Positions 17,918 through 28,906 of a DNA stretch of 64,000 bases are shown one piece after another. How positions within the stretch are numbered: position 1 is the first letter of the stretch; each line of letters begins with the position of its first letter. The notes beneath the pieces are model-generated. The model did not search any database, had not been told where the DNA came from, and saw only the letters and a program-made list of their open reading frames with translations. The stretch comes from Candidatus Bathyarchaeota archaeon (GTDB lineage Archaea > Thermoproteota > Bathyarchaeia > Bathyarchaeales > Bathycorpusculaceae): contig CAVZIW010000004.1 of assembly GCA_963775465.1 (NCBI GenBank), positions 96,001-160,000 on the forward strand, given 5' to 3'. Position numbers and translations under genes: made by a program.

Positions 17918-20806
17918 TTAAAATAATCCCTTTCTCCTTTTCAAAATTAATCTCTGAACACTACTGCTCGTAAGTATGTAGAAAAGTACTACCACAGATG
18001 CAGTCGATATTGTCACTAAAACTCCTTTAGCGAATAAGGTTTCAGGTGTATACTCGACAATTATAGAAAACTGACCAGTCCGATTTACCCAAAAACCATT
18101 CATCATTCCCGAAATCGGTATGCTTGAAAAGATTTTCCCTGCCACACCTGCAGTCCATAGACCGTTATACGGTTCTGAAAACACGAGCATAAAAGGACTT
18201 GAGGAATTAATATTCACCACAAACTTTGTCGGGTTTACTTCAGTATAACTGACAATAAAAGGCAACTTTTGAGCTGAACCAAAAACATCGCCTGATAAGG
18301 TTCCATTTGTAGAAAGTGTCACAACATTTGATTGACGCATTAAATCGTTAAGCTGTTGGGTGCAACTATGTTTAGCCGAAAGTGGTAATAATGAAATAAG
18401 ATTTAAAGGATTAAAACCGTTCTCACTAGTAATGCTAATATCATGTTTTCCAGAACCTAACGAAATATTTCCTAAGCTCAACCATTTGAAACCTTCAAGC
18501 GTATTTGTTTGTGTATTAATTACCCCAACTTGATTTCCATCAATACTCATAGATACATTCCCACCTTGTGGATTTTGTAAGACTCTAAGCCAGCCTTCAT
18601 AGTTATCAGATATAGGTAAGAAGGTTGTAAAATTAAGTGTTGCTTGCTGAGTCTCAGGTATTATGATACCCTTATTTAAATCAAAATCGTACTTGTTGCC
18701 GCCATCAAATTTTTTAAGAACAGCTTGGCTCCAATAATAGTCAGAGTAAGTTTCTTTGCTCCAAGCAGTTATGGGATATGTTTGAGTAAGATAATTAACT
18801 GGTGAAATTGAATAGTTCTGACATAAAGTATCCATTAACAGGTCATCGAAGTTTTTGTTACCATAAAATAATATCGTATTATTTTCTTGCAAATGAAAGA
18901 TAGTATTCAATCGGACAAAATCCATTGGATATTGTTCTAGAAATATCCAAGCATTATTATTTAAGGACACATTTGAATAGTCGCTTAATGTAATTAAAGA
19001 ATCCAAGCCACCTACAACAAATACGGTTCTATTCAAAGCGTACAGAAAACGTGAGTCGCCTGTATTTCTAAAAAGATATAGATTACTTTCATTGAAATTA
19101 CATAACAGATCATTCTGAGCAATTAAATTAGTATAAATTGACTGATATGAAGCCCAATCGTAAGTATCATTGTGAAAAATTACATACCTCACGTTTGCTA
19201 AAGAAAACAGATTACCCATATTCTGAGAACCATTTGAAAGTAACGCATCGTAAACTAAATTACCGAAAACCCCCATATTCGGAGAAGGCACTGTCCCCCA
19301 GCCATATGATAAAATAGGTCTTGATGAGGTAATATATTCTGGCTTGTTAGTAAATTGGTTTGCCCAAATCATACTTGCACTTTCAGGATAAAAAACAGTT
19401 CTAAAATTACCACTCGCCGTATCCAAAAATTTATTCATATTTACGTATTGGCTAGGTAACTGTACTGGAGTTATTGCCCCATTCATATTTCCAGTCATTA
19501 GAGGATAACTTGTTATCCCAACTGAGAGCACAACCAAACATACTAAGGCTAAAGCAAACAATTTTTTTCGTGCCTTACCAAACAGCCATAAACTGGTAGA
19601 TGGTCGTGCAGTTTTAGCGGCTAAATGATTATTAACAAAATATTTTGAGAGCACATAGGAAATGAAAAATCCGCATAAAAAGGCGTAGGCCAAACAAGTT
19701 ATCCCGACAAAATAACCAGGATACTTTAAAATCGTTTCAAATAACGATTGAAGACCAATCGCCTTTGGAAGTACGGATGAAAACCATATGTACAATCCCC
19801 CAAATGGCTCAGAGGTACCTTTAGCAATAAAAATTGAAAGTAATAAAAGCATTGATAGAGATTGTATGGTTTTATCCTTAGACTTTTTCAACAAAGCAAG
19901 AGAAGCTAAAATTGGCACAATAATAGCTGTTATCCAAATAATACTAAAACCACCATCAGGATAAAAGAATGGTTGAGGATAAGAAGTAGCCGAAATAACG
20001 CTGAGTACAGAAGGACTGTTAGAGATTATAGTATTCGTAGATGTTATAGCCCAGTATGCTACAGGCCGGACTTCGATATAAGGCATCAACCAAAAAGAAG
20101 AAATTAACACAGAGAGGAATATCATTAAAATAAAAGCAATAGATACTTTCTTTATGTATGCGAATACTGAATGTTGATTGAAATGGTAAATAACATTCCA
20201 AACTAAAAGAAATACAACAACAATTGAACACATGAACATTGCTCGAGCCTCAGCCATAAAAGGGAACAAAACAGCTAAGACTAATGCATTTCTTAGAGCC
20301 CCCTTAAGGGCCACGCTATTAATCATTTTTTGAGTGAAATGAAAAACAAGAGGTAGAAGCATATATCCCCATAAAAATGAATAGTGAAAGAACTGGGGAA
20401 CAATGCTGGGATTAATCGTGTAAATTAATGACCCAATGGTAGCACCCACGTACAAAGACAGTTGATTATTATCTCTTTTCCTGAGAAATGAATAAATCAC
20501 GCCAAAAGAAATGAAATTTATCAAAAAAAATATAAGAAAATAATATATTTTCTGAGAAATCTCTGTGTTGAAAATAAAAGCTATTGGTGAGTATACAAAA
20601 ACACTCAAGAACATGCTATTATCGCCGCTCAAGGCAGGATTAAAAGTGTGAGCTGAACTTCTAAGCACATTGCTATAATAAGTCCAGATTATATCGATGG
20701 ATTCCATTTGGCCAGGCGTAAACAAAACGCCCCTTAAAATAAACACTGAAAGAGCAATCGATTGAACAAGTGCTACTAAAATTAAAATTATAGTCGTCTT
20801 CTTCAT
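17918..20806 (-). CDS. Large polytopic membrane protein, GT-C (AftD/YfhO-like) with extracellular beta-sandwich/CBM-like domain
   Basis: Multi-TM N-terminal half (YTINP, SSFWLMP, AKGTSEPFG), NVRYVIFHND, YTEVNPTKFVV..LVFSEPY..W and terminal TM. Confidence 0.62.
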   Translation of the reverse strand: MKKTTIILILVALVQSIALSVFILRGVLFTPGQMESIDIIWTYYSNVLRSSAHTFNPALSGDNSMFLSVFVYSPIAFIFNTEISQKIYYFLIFFLINFISFGVIYSFLRKRDNNQLSLYVGATIGSLIYTINPSIVPQFFHYSFLWGYMLLPLVFHFTQKMINSVALKGALRNALVLAVLFPFMAEARAMFMCSIVVVFLLVWNVIYHFNQHSVFAYIKKVSIAFILMIFLSVLISSFWLMPYIEVRPVAYWAITSTNTIISNSPSVLSVISATSYPQPFFYPDGGFSIIWITAIIVPILASLALLKKSKDKTIQSLSMLLLLSIFIAKGTSEPFGGLYIWFSSVLPKAIGLQSLFETILKYPGYFVGITCLAYAFLCGFFISYVLSKYFVNNHLAAKTARPSTSLWLFGKARKKLFALALVCLVVLSVGITSYPLMTGNMNGAITPVQLPSQYVNMNKFLDTASGNFRTVFYPESASMIWANQFTNKPEYITSSRPILSYGWGTVPSPNMGVFGNLVYDALLSNGSQNMGNLFSLANVRYVIFHNDTYDWASYQSIYTNLIAQNDLLCNFNESNLYLFRNTGDSRFLYALNRTVFVVGGLDSLITLSDYSNVSLNNNAWIFLEQYPMDFVRLNTIFHLQENNTILFYGNKNFDDLLMDTLCQNYSISPVNYLTQTYPITAWSKETYSDYYWSQAVLKKFDGGNKYDFDLNKGIIIPETQQATLNFTTFLPISDNYEGWLRVLQNPQGGNVSMSIDGNQVGVINTQTNTLEGFKWLSLGNISLGSGKHDISITSENGFNPLNLISLLPLSAKHSCTQQLNDLMRQSNVVTLSTNGTLSGDVFGSAQKLPFIVSYTEVNPTKFVVNINSSSPFMLVFSEPYNGLWTAGVAGKIFSSIPISGMMNGFWVNRTGQFSIIVEYTPETLFAKGVLVTISTASVVVLFYILTSSSVQRLILKRRKGLF

Positions 20807-21879
20807 CTTGCAATGTTGACTCCCGTTGCACTAGAAAATTGGTCATACAACCGCTGATTATTTCTTAGACTCGCTGGATTAACATTCTTCATAAGAGCGG
20901 TAACAGTATTATCCGGCATTCTACGCACAAAATACTGCACTATCACCCGTTTCTTCCAACTTTGTCTAAAATTACTTAGGTTCCAAATATACGCTTTCAA
21001 TATAGCAAATGTACACTCAGGGTTACCACCGGCAAAATTTGATAACGCCCGAATACTCTCTAGAATAATCAACAAGGGAAAGTATTTCATTAAATTAGAG
21101 AGCGAATAATTTTTAATCAGAGTCAGCATGCGATTTTTACAGTGATGAAAAACAAGTCGACTTCGTTTGCGGGAGGTTGTTCTACTCCTGTGATGATAAA
21201 CAATCGAGCGTGGAGCAATTACAGTTTCATATCCGCCTAACTTCATCTTCCAGGAAAGGTCAACATCCTCATAAGCGAAGAAAAAATCGGAGTCAAAAAG
21301 CGTGACCTTTCCAGGACATACCCTTCTAAGCGCTCGCATCTTAATCGTCACAGCCGCACCGTTGGCGTAAAACACCTCGTCCACCTTATTATATACATTC
21401 TTGCCCTTGACAAATCCCCGCTCAAAACCATAACCGCACTTATCGATGAAAGCTCCAGCGCTTTCAAGAACATCACGATTATACCAAAAAAACAGTTTAC
21501 TCTGAATAATCCCAATTTTTTCATCTGATTCAGCAACTTTTATCGATTCACTCAACCAATCCTTGTCAACTTCGGTGTCATTATTTAACAGAGTAACGTA
21601 GGCACCTTTAGCGTATGTTAAACCAACGTTGTTGCCTTCAGCAAACCCTTTGTTCGCATCATTCTTAACAAAACTTAATCGCCGATCTTTGCCAAACTGA
21701 TTAACAGTCGACTCATAACTTCCATCTGCAGAAGCATTGTCAACAAAAATGACCTCAAAATTGGGGTAGTTTGTATCTAAGACAGATTGAACGCATTTAT
21801 CCACAACACCGGCGCCATTATAATTAAGAATAATAATAGAAACCAAGGGATTAAAGGAGACTTCGTTCAAGCATTTCAC
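20803..21879 (-). CDS. Glycosyltransferase family 2
   Basis: VSIIILNYNG, VDNASADG, GFAEGNN, LLNND, YEDVDL. Confidence 0.92.
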   Translation of the reverse strand: MKCLNEVSFNPLVSIIILNYNGAGVVDKCVQSVLDTNYPNFEVIFVDNASADGSYESTVNQFGKDRRLSFVKNDANKGFAEGNNVGLTYAKGAYVTLLNNDTEVDKDWLSESIKVAESDEKIGIIQSKLFFWYNRDVLESAGAFIDKCGYGFERGFVKGKNVYNKVDEVFYANGAAVTIKMRALRRVCPGKVTLFDSDFFFAYEDVDLSWKMKLGGYETVIAPRSIVYHHRSRTTSRKRSRLVFHHCKNRMLTLIKNYSLSNLMKYFPLLIILESIRALSNFAGGNPECTFAILKAYIWNLSNFRQSWKKRVIVQYFVRRMPDNTVTALMKNVNPASLRNNQRLYDQFSSATGVNIAR

Positions 21880-22817
21880 TTAGATCGGCCAAGATTAGAC
21901 AAATACTCTTTAATGCCCTCTTCAGGGCTTCTTGCGACTATACCCAATTGTTTCTTCATTAAACTAGTTTCAGCTAATGTATAATCGAAGTATTTTTCAG
22001 GTTTTGGAACATAGACGGGCTCAATTTTCTTCCCCAACAACTCATTAATAATAAGCACAACATCGTTGAATTTGAGGTTCCTTCCAGTGCCCACATTAAC
22101 TATTGTATTTGAGATTGATTTCTCTGCGGAACTTACAACCGAATCTACAACATCATCGATGTAAACAAAGTCCCTATTCTGAGTTCCATCTCCAAAGATA
22201 ATTGGGCGCTCATTTTTGAGCATACAATTCAGAAAAATCGTCACCACACTTGCATAATCACCTTTATGTTCCTCGCCAGGACCAAATCCTGCAAAAATTC
22301 TTAAGCCCACGCTTGGAACAAGATCAAAATTCCACAGTGCAATTTTTTCGCAAGTGAGCTTGGTTGTTCCATAGAGATTGGTTGGGTTAGCTAAGCCATG
22401 TTCTGATTGAGGAGCAGGAGCGGTTCCGTAGACACTGCCACTTGACGGATAAACCACCTTTTTTACTCCAGTATTTTTAGCAAATTCAAAAATATTATTC
22501 AAACCACAAATAGTACTACTTAAGGCAAAAACTGGGTCTTTATTGAACAATATTATAGAAGATGGCGCGCCAAAATGGAACACGTAATCAATATCCTGAG
22601 GAAGATTTTCAAACGATTTTCTCTTTCTCACATCAGCCTTGATTATACAAACGGGCATTTTTGATAGTGTTTCGATGGATTTTCCTGTAGAAAAGTTGTC
22701 CATAGCAATCACTTTGGCTTTTAAATAAACAAGTCTTTTCAATAGGTTAATACCAATAAAGCCCGCGGCGCCTGTTATCAGAACCTTTCTATCATTCCAC
22801 TTCATGTTAGACGACAT
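21876..22817 (-). CDS. NAD-dependent epimerase/dehydratase
   Basis: TGAAGFIG, YGTTK, GDGTQNRDFVY. Confidence 0.9.
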   Translation of the reverse strand: MSSNMKWNDRKVLITGAAGFIGINLLKRLVYLKAKVIAMDNFSTGKSIETLSKMPVCIIKADVRKRKSFENLPQDIDYVFHFGAPSSIILFNKDPVFALSSTICGLNNIFEFAKNTGVKKVVYPSSGSVYGTAPAPQSEHGLANPTNLYGTTKLTCEKIALWNFDLVPSVGLRIFAGFGPGEEHKGDYASVVTIFLNCMLKNERPIIFGDGTQNRDFVYIDDVVDSVVSSAEKSISNTIVNVGTGRNLKFNDVVLIINELLGKKIEPVYVPKPEKYFDYTLAETSLMKKQLGIVARSPEEGIKEYLSNLGRSK

Positions 22818-22861
22818 TCTCTTAATATAGGATTTAGATTGCTATTGGCTTTGGCGATAAT

Positions 22862-24121
22862 TTAAGACTTGCGTTTTTCTAGTATATTATAATATAAGTC
22901 CTCAGTGCATTTTGCCACTTGCCCCCAAGAACGCTCAGCAGCAATACTTCTCGCCGACTTTGATAGCTCCAAATTGAAAGAGTCATCATCAAGCGCCCTC
23001 TCAAGTTTTTGGGATAAATCCGAAATAGATCCAGTTTTAAAAACAGCTGAGGCAGGCAAAATATCACTAAACGACGAGACCTTTGAAGCAATCACAGGTC
23101 TATGGTGACCAACTGTAATGTTCATAGGTCCACCAGTTGAGAAAGAGGCAACATAAGGAAAGACAACAACGTCAGAAGCTGAAATGTAAGTTGATAATTG
23201 GTCATCTGGAATAAAACCGACAAATTTTATTCTTTTATCGCCCGAGATTTCATCCATTATTGTATCCCAGAATTTTTTATAGTTAGGTTCGTTTTTCAAT
23301 CTGGGATGCGCTGCCCCCCCAATTACAAGAACGCAATTTGGATCCTTGATATTCTTAAACGCCTTAACAAGAATATCAATCCCTTTATATTTTGTAATAT
23401 AACCAAAATACAACACAATTTTCTGCATATCAAAACCAAGCTTGCTCTTAGCTATTTCTTGGTTAATTGGTTCACTTTTAGGGATTCCATGAGGGACCAA
23501 AAATATCTTTTTAGGTGAACAGTGATATTGCTCTACTAGGACATTCTTATGCGTGTTATTCATTACAATGATTTTGCTTGAATTATCAGTAATTAATCGC
23601 GTAATTAACAATAAACCCATTTGTGACAACCAAATAGGCATTCCCTGAAGGTTTTCATTTCCTAAACTCCCTAATTCAGGATCCTTAATTTCAACGGGAT
23701 TGACAATACCATGTAAAGTCACTATTGTTTTCAATCTGAGAAATTTTGTAAGAAATATCACTAGAGGGAATAGCGCAGCTGAGAATGCTCGACCGAAAAT
23801 AAAATATTCATGCTGAATATGGACAATTTGCGGTTTATTTTGACAAAGTGTCTTAAAAATTTGAAATGGATATAGAACGCCTTCATTCCAACAATCTACA
23901 ATTCTAATTTTATCAGAAAAACCACGCTTTCCAAATTTTTCGCAACTATTTTTTTGAGATAAAATTGCTAAATGAAAATTGGCGAGATTGAATGACTCAA
24001 ACAGATTTCTTGTATAAGTCGAGACTCCACCGCCATCGGGTGGAGTAGTGGAAACAACGCACACTATGGGGGATATTGTTCCGTTCATTGCCCGTCTCTT
24101 TTGCATATTTCTCATCAACAA
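22862..24121 (-). CDS. Glycosyltransferase family 4 (GT-B)
   Basis: HIQHEY, VPHG, FGYITKYKG, SDVVVFPY. Confidence 0.88.
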   Translation of the reverse strand: MLMRNMQKRRAMNGTISPIVCVVSTTPPDGGGVSTYTRNLFESFNLANFHLAILSQKNSCEKFGKRGFSDKIRIVDCWNEGVLYPFQIFKTLCQNKPQIVHIQHEYFIFGRAFSAALFPLVIFLTKFLRLKTIVTLHGIVNPVEIKDPELGSLGNENLQGMPIWLSQMGLLLITRLITDNSSKIIVMNNTHKNVLVEQYHCSPKKIFLVPHGIPKSEPINQEIAKSKLGFDMQKIVLYFGYITKYKGIDILVKAFKNIKDPNCVLVIGGAAHPRLKNEPNYKKFWDTIMDEISGDKRIKFVGFIPDDQLSTYISASDVVVFPYVASFSTGGPMNITVGHHRPVIASKVSSFSDILPASAVFKTGSISDLSQKLERALDDDSFNLELSKSARSIAAERSWGQVAKCTEDLYYNILEKRKS

Positions 24122-24180
24122 TTCTCACGAATAATAAGTGTTGCTATTAATTTTAATAATTCTAAAACAAAATTTCGTTA

Positions 24181-24951
24181 TCAACCACGAAAAACAGAAG
24201 AAACTAAATTCTGAATACTATTCTTTTTAAGAACCAGGCCTTCGTACGAATGTGTAATTCGTAGTCTGTAGGCTATTCTAAACAAATCCATAAGCATATA
24301 CCACATTTCCATTGGCTTGAATTTGGCATCCAACTTGATATTCACAGGCATCTCCACCACTTTTAAGCCATAAAGATTCGCGACAGCGAGTAACTCAACG
24401 TCGAAAGCATAACGCTTCACAGCCAATCTGGGAAATATGTCGATGAATGCATACTTCTTCATTGCTTTAAGTCCGGACTGGGTATCTTTAAGTTGTACTC
24501 CTGTAAGAAGGCGAACTAAGCCATTGAAACTTTCACTTAAAATTTTTCTTGACAATGGCACTTCTACTTGTGAATTGATATGTTTTTTAGAAGCTATGAC
24601 AATGTCCCCGTGTTTAAGGGCTTCAAGGTATTTTGAAATCGTTCTCAAGTCGATTTCCATGTCGCCATCCGCAAAAATGACAACACTTCCGGCAGCTTCC
24701 ATGAAACCAGTCTTAACAGCATACCCTTTCCCAAGGTTTCTATCATGACTTACTACTCTAACATGACCATTTTTACTTGCATACTTCGACGCTTTGGCTA
24801 GAGTTTTATCTGCACTTCCATCATTAACAACCAAGATTTCATAACTCAAATTTTTGTCAATAATAACAGCGTCGATCGATCCAAGCGTATCTTCAATAAA
24901 CTCTTCTTCATTGAAGGCTGGAACAACGAATGATAATTCAACTTGGCTCAT
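24181..24951 (-). CDS. GT2, dolichyl-phosphate glycosyltransferase-like
   Basis: VPAFNEE, NDGSAD, NLGKGYAV, DGD, DTQSGLK, AFDVELL. Confidence 0.88.
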   Translation of the reverse strand: MSQVELSFVVPAFNEEEFIEDTLGSIDAVIIDKNLSYEILVVNDGSADKTLAKASKYASKNGHVRVVSHDRNLGKGYAVKTGFMEAAGSVVIFADGDMEIDLRTISKYLEALKHGDIVIASKKHINSQVEVPLSRKILSESFNGLVRLLTGVQLKDTQSGLKAMKKYAFIDIFPRLAVKRYAFDVELLAVANLYGLKVVEMPVNIKLDAKFKPMEMWYMLMDLFRIAYRLRITHSYEGLVLKKNSIQNLVSSVFRG

Positions 24952-25201
24952 TAGGAACCTCCGCGGAAGTGGACGCCTCTCTATACTTTAGAAGGCAACC
25001 AAACTGTAAAGCTACACCAGCCACCAAAGCGTAAAAGGCATAGATAGAGATAGATTCAGCAAAATAAGTTAATCCCCAAGATAATGAAAGTGCAGCACCA
25101 AGCAAAAGTAATATAAATGCAACTATAAAGGGGGAGCCCCAGTTCTTCTTAACGTATCCTCTTAGCTCGAGCAGAATTTTGCAGTGGCCAACTTTTATCA
25201 T
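24938..25201 (-). CDS. Small membrane protein (2 TM)
   Basis: Two hydrophobic helices (NWGSPFIVAFILLL; YAFYALVAGVALQ), overlaps the downstream GT2 start. Confidence 0.6.
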   Translation of the reverse strand: MIKVGHCKILLELRGYVKKNWGSPFIVAFILLLLGAALSLSWGLTYFAESISIYAFYALVAGVALQFGCLLKYREASTSAEVPNEPS

Positions 25202-25528
25202 ATTAAGGAAGCACGGTTATGTTTAGAGCGTGGCGCAGAATTTAACATTTGTCATAATTTATGATTACACACAAAAAATTCCAGAGTAGGAAGAACCATT
25301 AGAACAAAGAGACATTACTGCATTCTTGAATTAATAGCATTATGATTGGACATTAATAACTTGTATAACAACCGAGAAGAAAAAGAAAGAGAATCAATGC
25401 CCAGTTAATAACAGAAGTATTTCCAATTTTCTGAGTTCTTTTAAGTTTTAACAATCAAGTCAGAATAAATAATATATATATTATTTTTTTTTGGAAATTA
25501 GAAAGAATTGCAGTCCTGTTGATAAATT

Positions 25529-27046
25529 CTACTGAGATGCGTCATACCCATAGATTGCAATGTTCCCACTGCTATAGACTTCTCGGAACAATGATGGTAA
25601 AGTTGGTTGGTCATACCATCCATGTCCATTTATCCACCAAATAATGAATAATTGTGAGTGCCCTTCTTGAGCTGCCACATTTGCCGCTTGTTCAGGAGCG
25701 TCAAATCCGTAGTTTCTTATCTGATTCTCATTAATTGTTAGCAATGCCCAACCATAAAACACCGTATGAGTTAGCAAAAGTGCGCTGCTATTTTCATTAT
25801 TTTTGAACCATTGCAGCGCATTTACAGTGTCTTTGCAATCGGTTATTGAAATGGTATTTTGGAGCATCGAAGTTGGGATTTGATAGGAGTAACCATTGAA
25901 GGATTCAGGGTTAAAGTATTCGAATGGATGGTTTGGAGTAATAGATATGTAGCCAAAGCTTAGAACCGCTGTCGACAAAACAAGATATAATACTGCAATT
26001 CTGCGCACATTAACCTTGTAGTGTTTCCATTTAATCGCCCTGAGCCTACTTAACGCATCCGTCGCGAAAAAGGCAAGTGGATAAGTAAGCATAAGTACCC
26101 AACGATAAGGACTAACAGATGCTATTGGCAACAACATCAGAATAAAGCTAAAAAAAAGCCAAGAATCAAGATGAAGATTCCTAAGGCGCCATATACCTAT
26201 GAGCGCTAAAGGCAGCATAAACAAGAAACAATACAAAAACAAACCACCTGTACTTATCAACATCGATTGATAGGAAGCAAAGCCAGTCCAACTAGCTAAT
26301 ACCGACCCCACATTTGTTGAGTAATCAAGAAGACCAGCTTGTAACACACCATTCAAATAAACTATGAAAAAATATGAAACCGCAGGCAAAGAAACCGCAA
26401 TCAATTTAATAGAGTTGCCAAAAGCTTTATGATACAAACTATTTACAATTGTAAAAGCAATAACTCCCAACATAAGAACTGACACAAGTTGGTGAGATAA
26501 CGCCACCACTGTCATGGCTAAGGAAAGAACAACACAATTTTTCCATTTCATAACCTTTCTTTCGCTTAGCAGCATTAAGACCAAAAAAAAGAAAACTAAA
26601 CCGAGTTCTTCTCGAAGCTGATCCCAAGAAGCTCTCAAAGCAACGAAGTAAAGGGTCCCTAAAAGAGCCACAAACGCACTTTTGGAAGGCGACCAGTTTA
26701 AGCCCTTTCGTGCATATGTAAATATAGTTAACCCTAACAAACCTAGAAGCAAGGGCGAAATTATCTTAAGGACAAAGACAGGTGACCCGACTACGGCAAC
26801 TACTGACGTGAAAATAATATAGAATAGAGGTGCAGTTTCAAGAAATTTTCCTAAACTTATGCCACCATGCAACAACAACATAGAATTAGGAACATAGAAG
26901 CCAATGGTATCAAACCCAATGATATAGGGTCCTATCAGAATCTCAGGTATAACTCTTATAATTAAAGGCAATAAGAATGCCAAGAGAGGGAAAATGAGCC
27001 GATTTTGGGCAATCCAATCTTTCACTTGTTTACAAACTTTAACCAC
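25529..27046 (-). CDS. Polytopic membrane protein, probable GT-C glycosyltransferase
   Basis: IGFDTIGFY acidic loop after TM1, many TM helices, DTVNALQWF..N C-terminal soluble domain. Confidence 0.58.
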   Translation of the reverse strand: MVKVCKQVKDWIAQNRLIFPLLAFLLPLIIRVIPEILIGPYIIGFDTIGFYVPNSMLLLHGGISLGKFLETAPLFYIIFTSVVAVVGSPVFVLKIISPLLLGLLGLTIFTYARKGLNWSPSKSAFVALLGTLYFVALRASWDQLREELGLVFFFLVLMLLSERKVMKWKNCVVLSLAMTVVALSHQLVSVLMLGVIAFTIVNSLYHKAFGNSIKLIAVSLPAVSYFFIVYLNGVLQAGLLDYSTNVGSVLASWTGFASYQSMLISTGGLFLYCFLFMLPLALIGIWRLRNLHLDSWLFFSFILMLLPIASVSPYRWVLMLTYPLAFFATDALSRLRAIKWKHYKVNVRRIAVLYLVLSTAVLSFGYISITPNHPFEYFNPESFNGYSYQIPTSMLQNTISITDCKDTVNALQWFKNNENSSALLLTHTVFYGWALLTINENQIRNYGFDAPEQAANVAAQEGHSQLFIIWWINGHGWYDQPTLPSLFREVYSSGNIAIYGYDASQ

Positions 27047-27273
27047 TTAATTTTTCCAACGTTAGAGTGATTCTTGTATTAAACTTTAGTTGCCATCCTA
27101 AATGTTTTCCGCTGACAAAAACCACTAAAACCTAAGATTCAGAACCCAGATCAAATCAGACGATGATTTGCATTTACCCAAGAAGCCTAATTTGTTAAAA
27201 AGTCTAAAGGTTAATGTGCAAGAAATTGCTGAATCTGACCAATTATGGGATTCCAAAATAGAGTCCGAAAAAA

Positions 27274-28515
27274 TCAGATAATCAAGTTATCTGACACGTT
27301 ATCGCTAATGCCTTTCTTCGTAGTTTTTGTCCACTCTCTTTTTCGTCTAAACAACAAATTCAAAAAAGCCCACCCTGCAATAACCATTTGGATTAGCCAA
27401 TAGACGTAGATTGTGGGTATCCAGACTAGATTTTTGAGTTTTATGGGCTTTTCAGAAGCTGTGAGGGCGACTCCTATTGAGATAATTGAGACTGCAGTTA
27501 ACGCAATGACAAGCCCGGTAAAGTCTAGGATTGGGCTGCTTTGTGAGAGAAATATCGCGATGAAAATCCAGTTAAGGTAACTTAGCAGCGATACAACCAT
27601 CATGAAGGGACCAGCCATGGATATTTCGGCATCCATGGTTCTTTTGTTAATTTTGTCTAATAAGCGACCATATTTTATTGCAGTTTCCATGTATCCTCGG
27701 TACCATCTAACCCGTTGTTTGATTAAACCACTTAAATTGTCAGGTGTCTCCTGTCCCGAGCAAACGTCAGGAGCATACTTAATTAAATGCTCCTTCTCGA
27801 CAAGTCTCAAGGCTAACTCAACATCTTCTGTTAGCGAGTTCTCATCCCAACCGCCCATTTCCTCAAGAACGTTTGTTCTTACGAATTGGCAGCTTCCCGT
27901 TAGCGGAACAAAAAGTTGAAGTCTTTCTCTGCCGCTTAGCAGCATTTGGAACCAAGCTTTTTCTTCTTTTGAGATGACTCTTGTTAGGGCGTTGCTTTTT
28001 TCGTTGATGGAGGTTGTTCTGCCTTGAACAGCTGTTATTTTCTGGTCGCCAAAGTATGATGCGACTTTTTTCAGAACATCTCTTTCTGGAAGACTATCTG
28101 CGTCAAATGTGCCTACCAGTTCACCTTTGACGTGGAGCAAAGCGAGGTTTAGAGCAGCGGGTTTACCTTTAGCCGTGGCTTCAGAGATAATTTTAAAAAT
28201 GTCAGGATACTTTTCAGAAAATTCTAAGCAAACTTTGCAGGTATCGTCGCTAGAGTTACCATCTACTACGATGACCTGCATTTTGTCTTTGGGATAGTCT
28301 ATTTTTAATATACCGTCTAGGCATCGGCGAACGACGTTTTCTTCATTTTTAGTGGGAACAATAAGAGAGATGTTTGGAAGATTTAGGATTGTGCTTTCTG
28401 CTGCTCGTTGTTTGCGTTTGTTTTTAATGCCTATGTAAATGATGGACCCATTGTATACCGTCCAAAAAAGTAGCACCGCCAACAAAGTAAGAGAGATAAT
28501 GTCAAAAACAATCAT
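27274..28515 (-). CDS. Processive GT2 (cellulose synthase/IcaA-like)
   Basis: GKPAALN, FDAD, LTEDVEL and QRVRW (QxxRW) motifs plus TM helices. Confidence 0.9.
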   Translation of the reverse strand: MIVFDIISLTLLAVLLFWTVYNGSIIYIGIKNKRKQRAAESTILNLPNISLIVPTKNEENVVRRCLDGILKIDYPKDKMQVIVVDGNSSDDTCKVCLEFSEKYPDIFKIISEATAKGKPAALNLALLHVKGELVGTFDADSLPERDVLKKVASYFGDQKITAVQGRTTSINEKSNALTRVISKEEKAWFQMLLSGRERLQLFVPLTGSCQFVRTNVLEEMGGWDENSLTEDVELALRLVEKEHLIKYAPDVCSGQETPDNLSGLIKQRVRWYRGYMETAIKYGRLLDKINKRTMDAEISMAGPFMMVVSLLSYLNWIFIAIFLSQSSPILDFTGLVIALTAVSIISIGVALTASEKPIKLKNLVWIPTIYVYWLIQMVIAGWAFLNLLFRRKREWTKTTKKGISDNVSDNLII

Positions 28516-28906
28516 AAGATACCTACTTGTTTAATTCCTTGAAAGGATCGGAAACGCAATTGCAATGCGCAAATTGATTTATCTTCCAATAAGGGTGCAC
28601 AGCCAGTGAATATGAAACACTCTAATTGAATTGTAGAGGGGAAGATAAATTGTTTGTTCATTGTAGGTTCACATATGATTCTTTCGACTTTTTAATTTTT
28701 GTTTTTTTATTTCTTGGTTTGAGTTATTAAACCCATTGTTTAGAACAAGACAGATAAATAAGTATCTGAATAATCACTACACTTTTAGCGCAAAAAAGCT
28801 GAACGGCAAAGCATTCAAATTGAAGTATGATTTACGGGGTTTATAATGATAATTTTTAATAAACCTTAAAGGTTGCCCTTTCCTTTTTTAGTTACTGGAA
28901 CAAGAT

